DNA of 33,752 nucleotides from an uncultured Halobacteriales archaeon (GTDB lineage: Archaea; Halobacteriota; Halobacteria; Halobacteriales; SW-7-71-33). The stretch's first letter is position 1. Each line of letters opens with the position of its first letter. The notes under the pieces are model-generated. The model saw only the letters and a list, made by a program, of their open reading frames with translations. It searched no databases and was not told the DNA's origin. Of this stretch, positions 1 to 8,931 are shown piece by piece. The stretch spans positions 1-33,752 of the forward strand of contig CAZQHW010000005.1 in the NCBI GenBank assembly GCA_964593395.1, given 5' to 3'. The position numbers and the translations under genes are program-made.

Positions 1-112
1 CCGGTTCTTTGCGGGCGACGCTGGAACTGGGACCGCGAGCGGCGAACACTGTTTTCGAGACTCGAGGAGCGAGTTCCCGGTCGGCAGTAGTCGAGTGGTC
101 CGTGTCGTCCGG

Positions 113-793
113 TCAGGGGCCGCTCACGTCCCCACGAGCGATCAGCAGCGTGGGGACGACGAGCACGACGACCAGGGCGACGGTGCCGCCGAGGAGAGCG
201 GCGCGCGTGGTCCCAGGCGAACGCTCGGCCAGCGGGACGAACACTCGGAGGTCGACACCGACGACGACCAGGGCACCCACCAGGTCGAAGACGAGGTCCA
301 GGGCGGTGTCACGGCGACCGTAGTACACCAGCACCGGGTCGACGTCGAGGCGGTCGCCGACCTCGCGGGCCACGAGTTCGACGAGTTCCCAGGCGACGCC
401 GACCACCATCGTGCCCGCGACAGCGACCGTAGCGACCGCCACCGACCGAGGGACGACGCCGGGGTCCGGCAGCACGGCGACCAGGCCGGCGTAGACGAGT
501 GCCGCGACGAGAGCCGCGGAAACCCCGTGAGTGAGGTGATCCCACCACCACGTCGACTCGTACGAGCCAAGCATCCCGACGGAGTGTAACACCCCCGCGG
601 TCGCGAGCCAGACCGCCAGTACGGAACCGAGCGGCCAGTCAGCGACGACCGACAGTCCGACCGGGACCGCGGCCAGCAGCGCGGCCCCGATCGTGTTGAC
701 CGCCGCGGCCACATCGCCGCGGTACACGGCGACGCCAGCGAACGCCAGGAGGATCGCTTGAAGCCCGACCGCGACCGTCGTGAGCCCGGTCAT
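113..793 (-). CDS. hypothetical multi-pass integral membrane protein
   Basis: 226-aa ORF with ATG at 791-793. Ala/Val/Leu/Gly-rich with about six hydrophobic segments (e.g. TTVAVGLQAILLAFAGVAVY, GVSAALVAALVYAGLVAVL). Contains a WWWDHLTHG motif. No family recognised. Confidence 0.55.
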   Translation of the reverse strand: MTGLTTVAVGLQAILLAFAGVAVYRGDVAAAVNTIGAALLAAVPVGLSVVADWPLGSVLAVWLATAGVLHSVGMLGSYESTWWWDHLTHGVSAALVAALVYAGLVAVLPDPGVVPRSVAVATVAVAGTMVVGVAWELVELVAREVGDRLDVDPVLVYYGRRDTALDLVFDLVGALVVVGVDLRVFVPLAERSPGTTRAALLGGTVALVVVLVVPTLLIARGDVSGP

Positions 794-847
794 CGGTCAC
801 GTCGTGGGGCACCAGTCGTCGCTGGCTCTCCCCGCGAGCGCCTGGTG

Positions 848-1501
848 TCACCGGTCACGGCTGCGTGACGCCGAGTGTCGTCTCGCACCCCGTCGGTACC
901 GCGCCGGTACCCGGCTCAACACGCTCCGCGGGAGCAACGACCCGAACACCGCGACAAAGAGGGTGGCGAGGGTTGGCAGGAGTCGCCGGACGGCGGTGTA
1001 GACCGTCGCCACGACGAGACTCAGGACGACGACCCACGCGAGCGGGCCGTCGAGTGACAGCAACAACGGCACGGCAAGCGCCACCGACAACACGAGGTCG
1101 CCGGGCGACCCGTCGTACCCGACCCAGCGCCGGGGTGCGATCCACCGCTCGTTGTGGTGGTCGTACACCGCGCGGTCGGAGGTGGCCTCCCAGGGGCGCA
1201 ACTCCAGGCCGCCCCCGAACGCGTCGCTGACGCTGTGGAGGGCGGCGCCCGCCAGGAGAACGGCCACGAACATCGTCGGTCCGGCCGGCACCAGCGTCGC
1301 CAGCAGACCCGCCGGGACCGCGAGCGCAGCGTAGTAGACGGGGTAGTGCAGCGTCCGCCGGTGGCCGACGTACATGTCGAGGTCCGGCAACACACCCCCG
1401 ACCAACCCAGCGACGACGGCGACGGCACCGACCCCGGGCGTGACCAGCGCCACTACCAGCCCCAACAGCATTCCAGCGAGGGCGTGGGTGGGCAGCATCA
1501 T
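848..1501 (-). CDS. membrane-bound metal-dependent hydrolase-like protein (DUF457/YdjM-like)
   Basis: Start placed at ATGATG (1496-1501), giving MMLPTHALAGMLLG.... The longer ORF back to 1657 adds an Arg/Pro-rich, non-halophile-like extension. Hydrophobic helices plus LPDLD...GHRRTLH and HSVSD motifs are typical of DUF457-type membrane hydrolases. Confidence 0.55.
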   Translation of the reverse strand: MMLPTHALAGMLLGLVVALVTPGVGAVAVVAGLVGGVLPDLDMYVGHRRTLHYPVYYAALAVPAGLLATLVPAGPTMFVAVLLAGAALHSVSDAFGGGLELRPWEATSDRAVYDHHNERWIAPRRWVGYDGSPGDLVLSVALAVPLLLSLDGPLAWVVVLSLVVATVYTAVRRLLPTLATLFVAVFGSLLPRSVLSRVPARYRRGARRHSASRSRDR

Positions 1502-1643
1502 TGTGTCCTTTTCCAGGGGACGTGACTGAATGAGTGTGTCGGTCGAGCGTGACCGTCGGAGACCCGCACCGGCGCCGGTACGGCGCCACGGGCCGGGTCC
1601 CGGATGGAGTACGCACTTGTGAGTGGCCAACGAGAGAGGCGCC

Positions 1644-1919
1644 ATGGCTGATGACACCGTCCGGGTCTGGCTGGTCGAGCGGACCTACTCCGACGACGAG
1701 CAGAACATGATCATCCTCACCTACGCGACGCCGGACGGTGAGCGATACTTCCGGAAGGAACGAGCGCTCACCTCCTTTACCGACACCCGGGACACGACAG
1801 CCGCAGTGGACGTGGCGCCGAAGAACCTCGGGGCGGTGGGTGACCCGGACCGGCGCCAGCGCTACGCTGCCGAGGCCGAACGGGTGCGCGAGGCCCACGA
1901 CCCGGCGGACGTGATCTGA
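1644..1919 (+). CDS. small acidic hypothetical protein
   Basis: 91-aa ORF (MADDTVRVWLVERTYSDDEQNMIILTYATPDGERYFRKE...). ATG at 1644 preferred over the in-frame GTG at 1623. Acidic, halophile-type composition. Divergent from 848..1501. Confidence 0.5.
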   Translation: MADDTVRVWLVERTYSDDEQNMIILTYATPDGERYFRKERALTSFTDTRDTTAAVDVAPKNLGAVGDPDRRQRYAAEAERVREAHDPADVI

Positions 1920-2159
1920 CCACGACGCCGTCGTGTCACGGTTTCTGAAGGTATTACCGTCCTACTGGCCTCTACGCGGTGTATAACTACCACTAACCGG
2001 GCAAAGAGAACAGATACCGCTCCGAGGGCAGATCTGCCCGCCGGGGTGGCTCCTGCTTCAGACACCATGGGACGCGACCCCAGTCGACGTCCCCCCTTTC
2101 CGACCCCCGACTTGAACCATCGCCACGTTGAGCGCCGAGTGTAGTCGATCCGCTGTCGC

Positions 2160-2732
2160 TCAGGTCGGGCGTGGCGACTCGTCCAGCCACGGCACGCTCG
2201 CTTCACCGGCGAGGGTGAGCGCCAGGGAGACGCTGAACACGACCGACCCGACGAGCCACAGCAGTCCGACGGTCACACCGAGCGCGACGCTGAAGGTGAG
2301 TGCGTAGACGAACACACACAGCGCCGCCGGTACGAACACCGTCTGCAACGACCACAGCAGAGCCGCCGAGGAGACGAGTCCCACCCTGGCAAGCGAGGTC
2401 GTCTCGGTCTGGTTCTCGGTCGCCCCGTCTCCCGTCGACGCCTCGTCCTGACCGGAGTCCTGGCCCGCGAGCGCGGCCCACACCGTCCCCGTGGCGTCGT
2501 CGCCGACGAGCTGGTCGAGGTCACCCGTGCCAGACGCCAGTCGCTCCAGGTCGCGGTCGTACGCCCGCTCGTCGTACGAGGGGTCGTCGTCGAGATACCG
2601 CTCCCGCGCCTCCTCCAGACTGTCGGCAGTCGGGTGCGTGGACGCGTCGCTCCCGGTCGCGGTCACGGTGGTCTCGACCACCGAGTCGTCCTCCTCCACG
2701 GTCGTCTCGCTAGCTGTGCCGTCCTCGTCCAT
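2160..2732 (-). CDS. hypothetical membrane protein with acidic N-terminal domain
   Basis: 190 aa from the ATG at 2730-2732 (MDEDGTASETT...). The N-terminal ~120 aa are very acidic. The C-terminal part has 2-3 hydrophobic helices (VGLVSSAALLWSLQTVFVPAALCVFVYALTFSVALGVTVGLLWLVGSVVFSVSLALTLAG). Confidence 0.5.
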   Translation of the reverse strand: MDEDGTASETTVEEDDSVVETTVTATGSDASTHPTADSLEEARERYLDDDPSYDERAYDRDLERLASGTGDLDQLVGDDATGTVWAALAGQDSGQDEASTGDGATENQTETTSLARVGLVSSAALLWSLQTVFVPAALCVFVYALTFSVALGVTVGLLWLVGSVVFSVSLALTLAGEASVPWLDESPRPT

Positions 2733-2953
2733 GCCCCGACCGAACGCCTCGGGCGGATTAACGGTGTCGGCTGTGAGAGTGCGTACACACCGACGGTCGG
2801 GGAGGTGTCGGACGCCCAGGACACGGTCGTCTGCTCGGACTACCCCTGGCGACAGCACGAACGTACTCTGCAGGGTCCAGGCCGGGAGACCACAGTGCAG
2901 TGCCGGACGACTCCGCCCGTTCGCGTGCTCCTCGTCGTGACGTCCCGGTCGCT

Positions 2954-3466
2954 CTACGGTGGCAGTAGCACGCCGTCGATGACGTGGATGATCCCGTTCG
3001 AGGCCGGGATATTCGTCTGGACGATTTCGGCCTGGTCGCCGTTCAGGGTCGTGCCGTCCACGTCGATGAGGGCACCGTTCAGCGTGTCGACCGGCGCCGG
3101 GTTGACGATCGACGCCGCGGGGCGACGGCCAGGAGTGACGTGGTAGGTGAGTATCTCGACGAGGGAGGCGCCGACCACGGCCTCGAAGTCGACCGTACCG
3201 ACGTTGTCGGCCGTGACACCGAGTGCGCCGAAGGCTGCGTCGGTCGGAGCGAACACGGTAAGCTGACGATTCCCGCTGAGTGTCTCGACGAGACCGGCTT
3301 CTTGAACCGCCGCCACCAGTACGTCGAAACCATCGGCTTTTGTGGCGACGTCGACGATAGTATCGCCCTCGCTCGGGGGATTCGCCGCCGCCGTCGTCGC
3401 GCCGCCGACCAGCGCCATACTTCCAGTCGCGATACCGCTCAGCACCGCTCGTCTATCGAAAGGCAT
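2954..3466 (-). CDS. secreted fasciclin (FAS1) domain protein
   Basis: 170 aa from the ATG at 3464-3466. Twin-arginine-type signal (MPFDRRAVLSGIATGSMALVGGATTAAA). FAS1 hallmark motifs TVFAPTDAAF and HVIDGVLLP. Confidence 0.85.
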   Translation of the reverse strand: MPFDRRAVLSGIATGSMALVGGATTAAANPPSEGDTIVDVATKADGFDVLVAAVQEAGLVETLSGNRQLTVFAPTDAAFGALGVTADNVGTVDFEAVVGASLVEILTYHVTPGRRPAASIVNPAPVDTLNGALIDVDGTTLNGDQAEIVQTNIPASNGIIHVIDGVLLPP

Positions 3467-3474
3467 GCGAACGG

Positions 3475-3545
3475 TAATTACAGGTAAATCGACAAAAATC
3501 TTCACTTAATTTTATATTTTCGAACAACATTTTCAGTTTCAATTG
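3475..3545 (-). promoter_or_regulatory. strongly AT-rich promoter region upstream of the fasciclin gene
   Basis: About 70 bp of AT-rich sequence (ggtaattacaggtaaatcgacaaaaatcttcacttaattttatattttcgaacaacattttcagtttcaatt) in an otherwise high-GC window. It begins 9 bp upstream of the ATG at 3466. A TATA-like TTTATATT lies at 3511-3518. Confidence 0.4.
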
Positions 3546-3621
3546 GGGCCGTGACGACGGACGAAAGTCTGGGGAGTGGTCACGGGGCAGGAGGGAGCGG
3601 GCGGTGTGGAGGCCGAGTCGG

Positions 3622-3756
3622 TCAGACGACCAGTGTCAGCGCGAACGGGGTGAGCAGTACCAGCAACCAGAGAATGGCCATCGCTGCGACGACGATGGGC
3701 CAAGTGTTGTCTTTGCGGAGCACTCGCTCTGGGTCGTCTGGGTCTGGCGTGTTCAT
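3622..3756 (-). CDS. putative small single-pass membrane protein
   Basis: 44 aa from the ATG at 3754-3756 (MNTPDPDDPERVLRKDNTWPIVVAAMAILWLLVLLTPFALTLVV). Acidic N-terminus followed by one clear TM helix. The longer ORF version back to 3897 is Arg-rich and unlikely. Confidence 0.35.
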   Translation of the reverse strand: MNTPDPDDPERVLRKDNTWPIVVAAMAILWLLVLLTPFALTLVV

Positions 3757-3955
3757 CGTGTCACCTCGGCCATCGTGTCCACGTGTGTGTACGATACTGC
3801 GGCGTGGAGTGGGGAGTGTCTTTCGGTGAGATCGAGATCTGATAGGTCGCCCTCGCGACACTCCGCGCTGGTGGATCGGCCCCGGTAGTTCTGTCATCTG
3901 ACGACACGATTAGAGCCGGGATATCACCGACGCCGGTGTCCGGCGTCGGGGGGGC

Positions 3956-4738
3956 TCAGTCCTCGAGGCGGTCGACCCACTCGCTCGTCGCCCGCTGGAC
4001 GGCACCGGTCGTACTGCCGACGTGGAGCATCTGGTAGCCGCTCGCGGCCTTTTTCCGGACCGCCTCTTCGGTGACCGCGAGTCCGCCGAGGGGCACCCCC
4101 GCCTCGACGGCCGCCGAGCGCACTCGTTCGACTGCCTCCTGGACCTCGGGATGGTCGACAGCGCCCGGGTGACCGAGCGAGACGGAGAGGTCGTACGGGC
4201 CGACGAACACGAAGCCGAGTTCGGGGACGCTCAGGATGTCCTCGATCGACTCGACGGAGTCTGCCGTCTCGATCGTCACGCCCAACAGCGTCTCGCGGTC
4301 CTCGACGGCGGGATAACTCTCGACGGCACCCCAGCGACTCGCCCGCGGCGCCGCGAGGCCACGGTCACCCGGGTCGCCGTCGTACTCGAATCGGGTCGAG
4401 CGGGCCGCCGCCCGCACCGGTTCCGGGCCGTCCACCCGCGGGAGAAAGACGGTGCGTGCGCCGAGGTCGAGCGTCTTCCTGACGAGCGCCGGGTCGGTAC
4501 CCGGAATCCGGACCACCGGCTCCACGTCGGTCCGTTCGGCGGCCCGCAGGAGGTCGGCGAGGCGGTCGCCGTCAAGGGGGCTCGGTCCGCCGTGTTCGAG
4601 GTCGAACCAGACGAAGTCCAGTTCGCCGTCGCCGTACACCTCCACGAGCGTCGGGTCGCAGGCGTCGTCAAGCACGCCAAGCGCCACGTCGTCGTCCTCG
4701 AACGTTCGCCTGAGGTCGTTCGTCGGCCGTGAGACCAT
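3956..4738 (-). CDS. HpcH/HpaI family aldolase (2-keto-3-deoxy-acid aldolase-like)
   Basis: 260-aa ORF with the family-typical layout: FVWFDLEHG near the N-terminus, VRIP, LDLGA, ETA..VE.IEDI and GPYDLS motifs. Confidence 0.8.
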   Translation of the reverse strand: MVSRPTNDLRRTFEDDDVALGVLDDACDPTLVEVYGDGELDFVWFDLEHGGPSPLDGDRLADLLRAAERTDVEPVVRIPGTDPALVRKTLDLGARTVFLPRVDGPEPVRAAARSTRFEYDGDPGDRGLAAPRASRWGAVESYPAVEDRETLLGVTIETADSVESIEDILSVPELGFVFVGPYDLSVSLGHPGAVDHPEVQEAVERVRSAAVEAGVPLGGLAVTEEAVRKKAASGYQMLHVGSTTGAVQRATSEWVDRLED

Positions 4739-4878
4739 GTGCGACCTGAACCACGGGGCGACAAACCCGCGTCGACTCGGTCGTGTCCGGGGCCGGCGGT
4801 CGGGCGACGCCCGGTCCGGGGTGGCGGTGTGGAGGGCGGCACCGACGGTCCAGGCCGGTGGTCGCCGGGCACTGGGGG

Positions 4879-5406
4879 TCAGGTGTCTCGGAGGGCCCGG
4901 GCGTACACGTCCGTGTCATAGCTTACCCCGCCAGTCTCGAAGGTCCCCTCGTCGACCCGCTCGAAGCCCCGGGACTCGTAGAACCGCTTGCCTCGCTCGT
5001 TGACCGTGAGGACGGCGAGTCGAAGCCCGGAGCGGTCAGGCGGCAGTCGCTCGATCACCGCCCGCAGGAGGCGGGTCCCGACGCCCTCGCCCCACGAGTC
5101 GGGGTGGACGTACAGCGACTTGAGGTAAGCCTCGCCCTCGGGGACGTGGTCTGGACGGTCGTCGCCGTGCAGACACTGGACGAACCCGACGAGCGCACCC
5201 TCGCGTTCGGCGACGAGGTAGACGACTCCGTCCGCAGTTGCGACACTCTCGAGACGGTCGGCGAGCGTATCGACCCGTGACGGGTCGTTGACCACCTCCA
5301 GAAACGTCTGATCGTCGAGAACGTCCTCGTAGGCGGCCCGACACGAGGCCACGGACACCCGGTGGATCGCCGCCGCGTCCGCCGGTGCCGCCGACCGGAC
5401 CTGCAT
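4879..5406 (-). CDS. GNAT family N-acetyltransferase
   Basis: 175 aa from the ATG at 5404-5406 (MQVRSAAPADAAAIHRV...). Acetyl-CoA-binding region VHPDSWGEGVGTRLL and C-terminal RFYESRGFERV. The upstream ORF extension is Arg-rich and was rejected. Confidence 0.85.
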   Translation of the reverse strand: MQVRSAAPADAAAIHRVSVASCRAAYEDVLDDQTFLEVVNDPSRVDTLADRLESVATADGVVYLVAEREGALVGFVQCLHGDDRPDHVPEGEAYLKSLYVHPDSWGEGVGTRLLRAVIERLPPDRSGLRLAVLTVNERGKRFYESRGFERVDEGTFETGGVSYDTDVYARALRDT

Positions 5407-5483
5407 GGTGTCGTGTTTCCGGGCGCGGGACAAAAGCGCTGGCCGACGCGAGCGGTCCGTGACGCCCGGAGAGAACAGGGGTC

Positions 5484-6782
5484 TCAGTCGTCGGCCCGGG
5501 TCGGACTGCCGACGGTCGTGGTGGCGCGGTCGCCGTACAGCGTGCGGACGACGAGTAACCCGACGACCGCCAGCGCGGCGGCACACAGCAGGTACTCGAC
5601 GCGAAAGCCGACGGCGGCGACCAGCGGCAGCGCCACCAGCGGGCCAAGCGTCGACCCGAGGTCGCCGAAGGTGTTGTACACGCCGCCGAGTTTGCCCACG
5701 TCGTCGTCGGGGCTGATGTCCCCGAGGTACGCCAGGAGTGGGGGGTTCGACCCACCGACGCCGACGCCGATCAGGGCGACGGCGAAAAGCGTCGCCACCA
5801 GAACGGGCACGAACGCCAACACGACGAACCCACTCGCCAGGAGCCCCAGCGCGGGCAAGGTGAGCGCGGCCCGGTTTGAGAGCCGGTCGGAGTAACGTCC
5901 CACGGCGACGGTCGTCACGCTCGAGGCGACGACGCTGACCGCCATCACGACGCCACTGACGCCGGTCGCCGACAGCACGCCCACCCGGATGTCGTTCGCG
6001 TCGGCGTAGAGAACGACCGTCGACAGCAACACGCCGGCAAACAGAAACCGCACGGTGAAGTTGACGGCGCCGACGGCGAACACGCGGGCGTCCGACCGGA
6101 CCATCCGGGGTAACTCCCGCAGCGAACTCGTCGTCTCCACGTCGGTTCGCACGTCCGGAAGCAGGAGCGCGGCGACGACGGCGGCGAACAGCCCCGCGAC
6201 CCCGGCGACGACGAACGCCGCCTCGTAACTGAGGGCGTCACTCACCAGTCCGCCGACGACAAGCCCCGCGGGGAAGCCGAGTGACTGCCCGCCGCGCATG
6301 TAGCCGATCCACTTTCCGCGGTTCTCGGCGGTGGTGACGTGGGTTATCGTGGAGAAGGCGCCGACGAAGACGAAAGCGGTGCCGATTCCCCAGGCGACCC
6401 GCGCCACGAGAAAGACCGTCGCGGCACCGACCGGCACCGGCACCAAGTCGGGACGGAGCCCGAGCACGTAACAGAAGGGCACCAGCCCCGACAGCAGGAA
6501 GCCGGCGATCATCGGCCGCCGGGTGCCCACCGTGTCGAGCACCTGGCCCGCGGGCGTGTTCATCAGCACCCGGGTGAAGCGGTTGACCGAGAGGATCACC
6601 CCGACGACGAACGGGGAGACGCCGATGACCGGTCCCAGCGCAGGCAGCGTCGGGAACGCCACGCCGCCGCCCATCCCGGTGAAGAACACGCCGGCGACGA
6701 GACTACCCACGACGTAGCGAACCGACGGGTCGTCGCCGCCGAACGCACGGCTGGTCTCCTGCTCGGCACCCTGTGACGACAC
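5484..6782 (-). CDS. MFS transporter
   Basis: 432-aa ORF with a GTG start at 6780-6782. About 12 hydrophobic helices in two halves. MFS motif-A-like loops (LDTVGTRRPMIAG and VGRYSDRLSNR). Confidence 0.85.
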   Translation of the reverse strand: MSSQGAEQETSRAFGGDDPSVRYVVGSLVAGVFFTGMGGGVAFPTLPALGPVIGVSPFVVGVILSVNRFTRVLMNTPAGQVLDTVGTRRPMIAGFLLSGLVPFCYVLGLRPDLVPVPVGAATVFLVARVAWGIGTAFVFVGAFSTITHVTTAENRGKWIGYMRGGQSLGFPAGLVVGGLVSDALSYEAAFVVAGVAGLFAAVVAALLLPDVRTDVETTSSLRELPRMVRSDARVFAVGAVNFTVRFLFAGVLLSTVVLYADANDIRVGVLSATGVSGVVMAVSVVASSVTTVAVGRYSDRLSNRAALTLPALGLLASGFVVLAFVPVLVATLFAVALIGVGVGGSNPPLLAYLGDISPDDDVGKLGGVYNTFGDLGSTLGPLVALPLVAAVGFRVEYLLCAAALAVVGLLVVRTLYGDRATTTVGSPTRADD

Positions 6783-7076
6783 GCTCGTTCGTTGTAGCCG
6801 CTTGGCCCGTATCCGTTCTTCGGGGTGCTACGCTCGTGCCTCCAGACGCAGGTTCTCGTCGTCGACCTGCGCCTGCACGGCGTCGAGCGACCGGCCTCGG
6901 GGTCGAAGGAGAGCCGGACCAGCGAGGCTATCGGGGTGATAGCGTCGCCACAGGCGGCACCCGACGGGTCGCCGTACCGTGTCGACCGGTCTCGTGAAGA
7001 CGATTTCAGTAACGCGTTCTACAGAAATGTTCTTCAGATTACACTTATGGGGGAGTGGCCCGTACGATCAGTTGCG

Positions 7077-7361
7077 ATGTACGACAACACTCAACCGGTG
7101 ACTCAGCACAGAGCCGACGACTACTCACCCCAGCAGACCGCGGCCGGCGCCGTCTTGGCGACCGCCGTCCCCCCTGCCGTCGTCGCGGCGATGGCGGCGC
7201 CCGTCGTGGCCGCCGTCGTCGTGGCGGCAGTCGTCGTCGTGGCCGCCGCCGCGACGGTCGCTCGCCGGAGCCGTGCGAACGCCCCCGACGAGACCGACCC
7301 GCCGGCCTCGCAGCGCCGGCAGACGACGACCCACGACCACGGTGCGCCCGCCGACGACTGA
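7077..7361 (+). CDS. possible small single-pass membrane protein
   Basis: 94 aa from the ATG at 7077 (MYDNTQPVTQHRADDY...), with an Ala/Val-rich hydrophobic core and a polar C-terminus. Low-complexity GC-rich DNA, so coding status is uncertain. Confidence 0.3.
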   Translation: MYDNTQPVTQHRADDYSPQQTAAGAVLATAVPPAVVAAMAAPVVAAVVVAAVVVVAAAATVARRSRANAPDETDPPASQRRQTTTHDHGAPADD

Positions 7362-7493
7362 TCGGCCCGGGGCACCCGAAGAGGGCAGTCGAGAACGGCG
7401 AGATGACCCACCGCCGGGCCCACCTCGGCCCGAACGGGGTCTCTTCTCACCCCTGCAGTGTGGCGAGTCCTGTGAGAGCGCGGTCGCCGCGTC

Positions 7494-7748
7494 TCATCGG
7501 TCGCCTCGCGAGCGCACGAAGAGGGACACAGGCGAGGTCACCAGGTGAGACCCCGGCGTGAACACCGCGAGGAGGATGTAGCCGATCACGAGACTGACCG
7601 CACGACGGTCGAGTCCGGTCCGTCGTTGCCACGCTTCGGCGTCGAACCCACGCGCCCGCCAGAGGTAGACAACGAAGTGCTCGAAAGCCAGGCAGTGGGG
7701 TCGCCAGCACCCTCCTCTCGTCCATCGCGGGGTCTCATCCCGATACAC
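7494..7748 (-). CDS. possible small hypothetical protein
   Basis: 84-aa ORF. By my hand count the third codon position is G or C in about three quarters of codons. One hydrophobic segment (AVSLVIGYILLAVF). No recognisable family. Confidence 0.25.
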   Translation of the reverse strand: MYRDETPRWTRGGCWRPHCLAFEHFVVYLWRARGFDAEAWQRRTGLDRRAVSLVIGYILLAVFTPGSHLVTSPVSLFVRSRGDR

Positions 7749-7845
7749 GTCTGTCGTCCGTCACGTCACGCCGGTCCGAACGCCCGGATAGTACGTGACG
7801 CTGAACGGGGCAGTCCGGTTGGAGAGGTGGCCGGGGGCCGACCGT

Positions 7846-8724
7846 TCAGCGCTCCCCGAACAGTTCCCGCTTGTCCCGGCCGGTGTTCCAGGAGGCGAGC
7901 CACTCCCGGACTGGAAGCCGGCGGGAGGGGTCCTCCTCCAGGTAGCCCGGCGTCTGGAAGTAGTTGGTGATGGTGACGAGGACGACCCCGCCCAGCGTGT
8001 TGCCGACGAGCACCGGGAGGACGAACCCGCCCATACCGGCGGCGAGCGTCGTCTCGCCGATGAACACGAGGTACATCACCTCGGTGCTGGAGACGACGAC
8101 GTGGTACAGGTTGCCCAGCGGGATCGCGAGAAAGGCCATGTAGATGAGCGCGAACCGGGCGACCGAGGAGCGTACGCTGAAGTCGAGCCAGACGACGCCG
8201 GCGACGATGAAGCCGGCGAACGCCCCCTTGAACAGCAGCGGGATCGCGTCCGTCTCCAGGCCCGTCGAGGCGATCGAGATCGCCGCCGTCTGTTCGGCGC
8301 CGGAGAACACGCCACCGAAGGCAAGCGCCGCCGCTCCGCCCGCCGCCCCGACCAAGTTACCGGCGAGGATCAACAGCCACATCGCCAACAGCGCCGGCAC
8401 GCTGGCCATGCGCTCGATTATCAGTGCCACCGGCGGCACCGTGTTCTCCGTGTACAGCTGGTAGTTGCCCATGATGATGTAGACGAACCCCATCGGGTAG
8501 AGGATCGCACTCAGAACGGGCGTCTTGTCGGTCGCCGACGACACCGTCACGTACAGCAACACCGTGATCGTGATCGCGAACCCGGCCGCCAGCGCGCTGA
8601 AGAACAACTCCCGAGGGCTCCGTGATATCTCCTCGTCGGCGTCGACGATGATCCGCTCGAAAATCTGCTCCGCAGTCAACCTGTCCCGCAACTGCTTGTA
8701 GTCTCCGTCGCCCTCAGTCTCCAT
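7846..8724 (-). CDS. formate/nitrite transporter (FNT) family channel protein
   Basis: 292-aa ORF with six hydrophobic helices. FNT-like motifs: LAGNLVGA, a conserved His in GNLYHVVVSSTEVMY, and C-terminal LVGNTLGGVVLV. Confidence 0.75.
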   Translation of the reverse strand: METEGDGDYKQLRDRLTAEQIFERIIVDADEEISRSPRELFFSALAAGFAITITVLLYVTVSSATDKTPVLSAILYPMGFVYIIMGNYQLYTENTVPPVALIIERMASVPALLAMWLLILAGNLVGAAGGAAALAFGGVFSGAEQTAAISIASTGLETDAIPLLFKGAFAGFIVAGVVWLDFSVRSSVARFALIYMAFLAIPLGNLYHVVVSSTEVMYLVFIGETTLAAGMGGFVLPVLVGNTLGGVVLVTITNYFQTPGYLEEDPSRRLPVREWLASWNTGRDKRELFGER

Positions 8725-8931
8725 ATCAGGCGCAGTCGGTGCGGTCCAATCAACCCTTCGCCCCCGGCGACCGGCGCGGGTGCCGACTCGTCAGAGAGCG
8801 ACGGACCCGCCGTTAGGGGAGGTTACTCCAGTTGCCCTCGCTGTCGCGTGCGGGTCGTCTCTCGTGGACTTCCGCGACCGGGACGGCAGACCGGGGCGAA
8901 CAGTGAAGTGGTCGCTCCATTGTTTTCAGAC

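Noticed and set aside
2041-2160. Possible tRNA or SRP-RNA fragment on the minus strand (GGTTCAAGTCG T-loop-like, GGTCGGAAAGG helix-8-like)
   Set aside because: The flanks of the T-loop-like sequence are not complementary (GATGG versus CGGGG). No acceptor, D or anticodon arms can be drawn. The GGAA-containing segment has G-runs on both sides and cannot form the SRP helix-8 stem.
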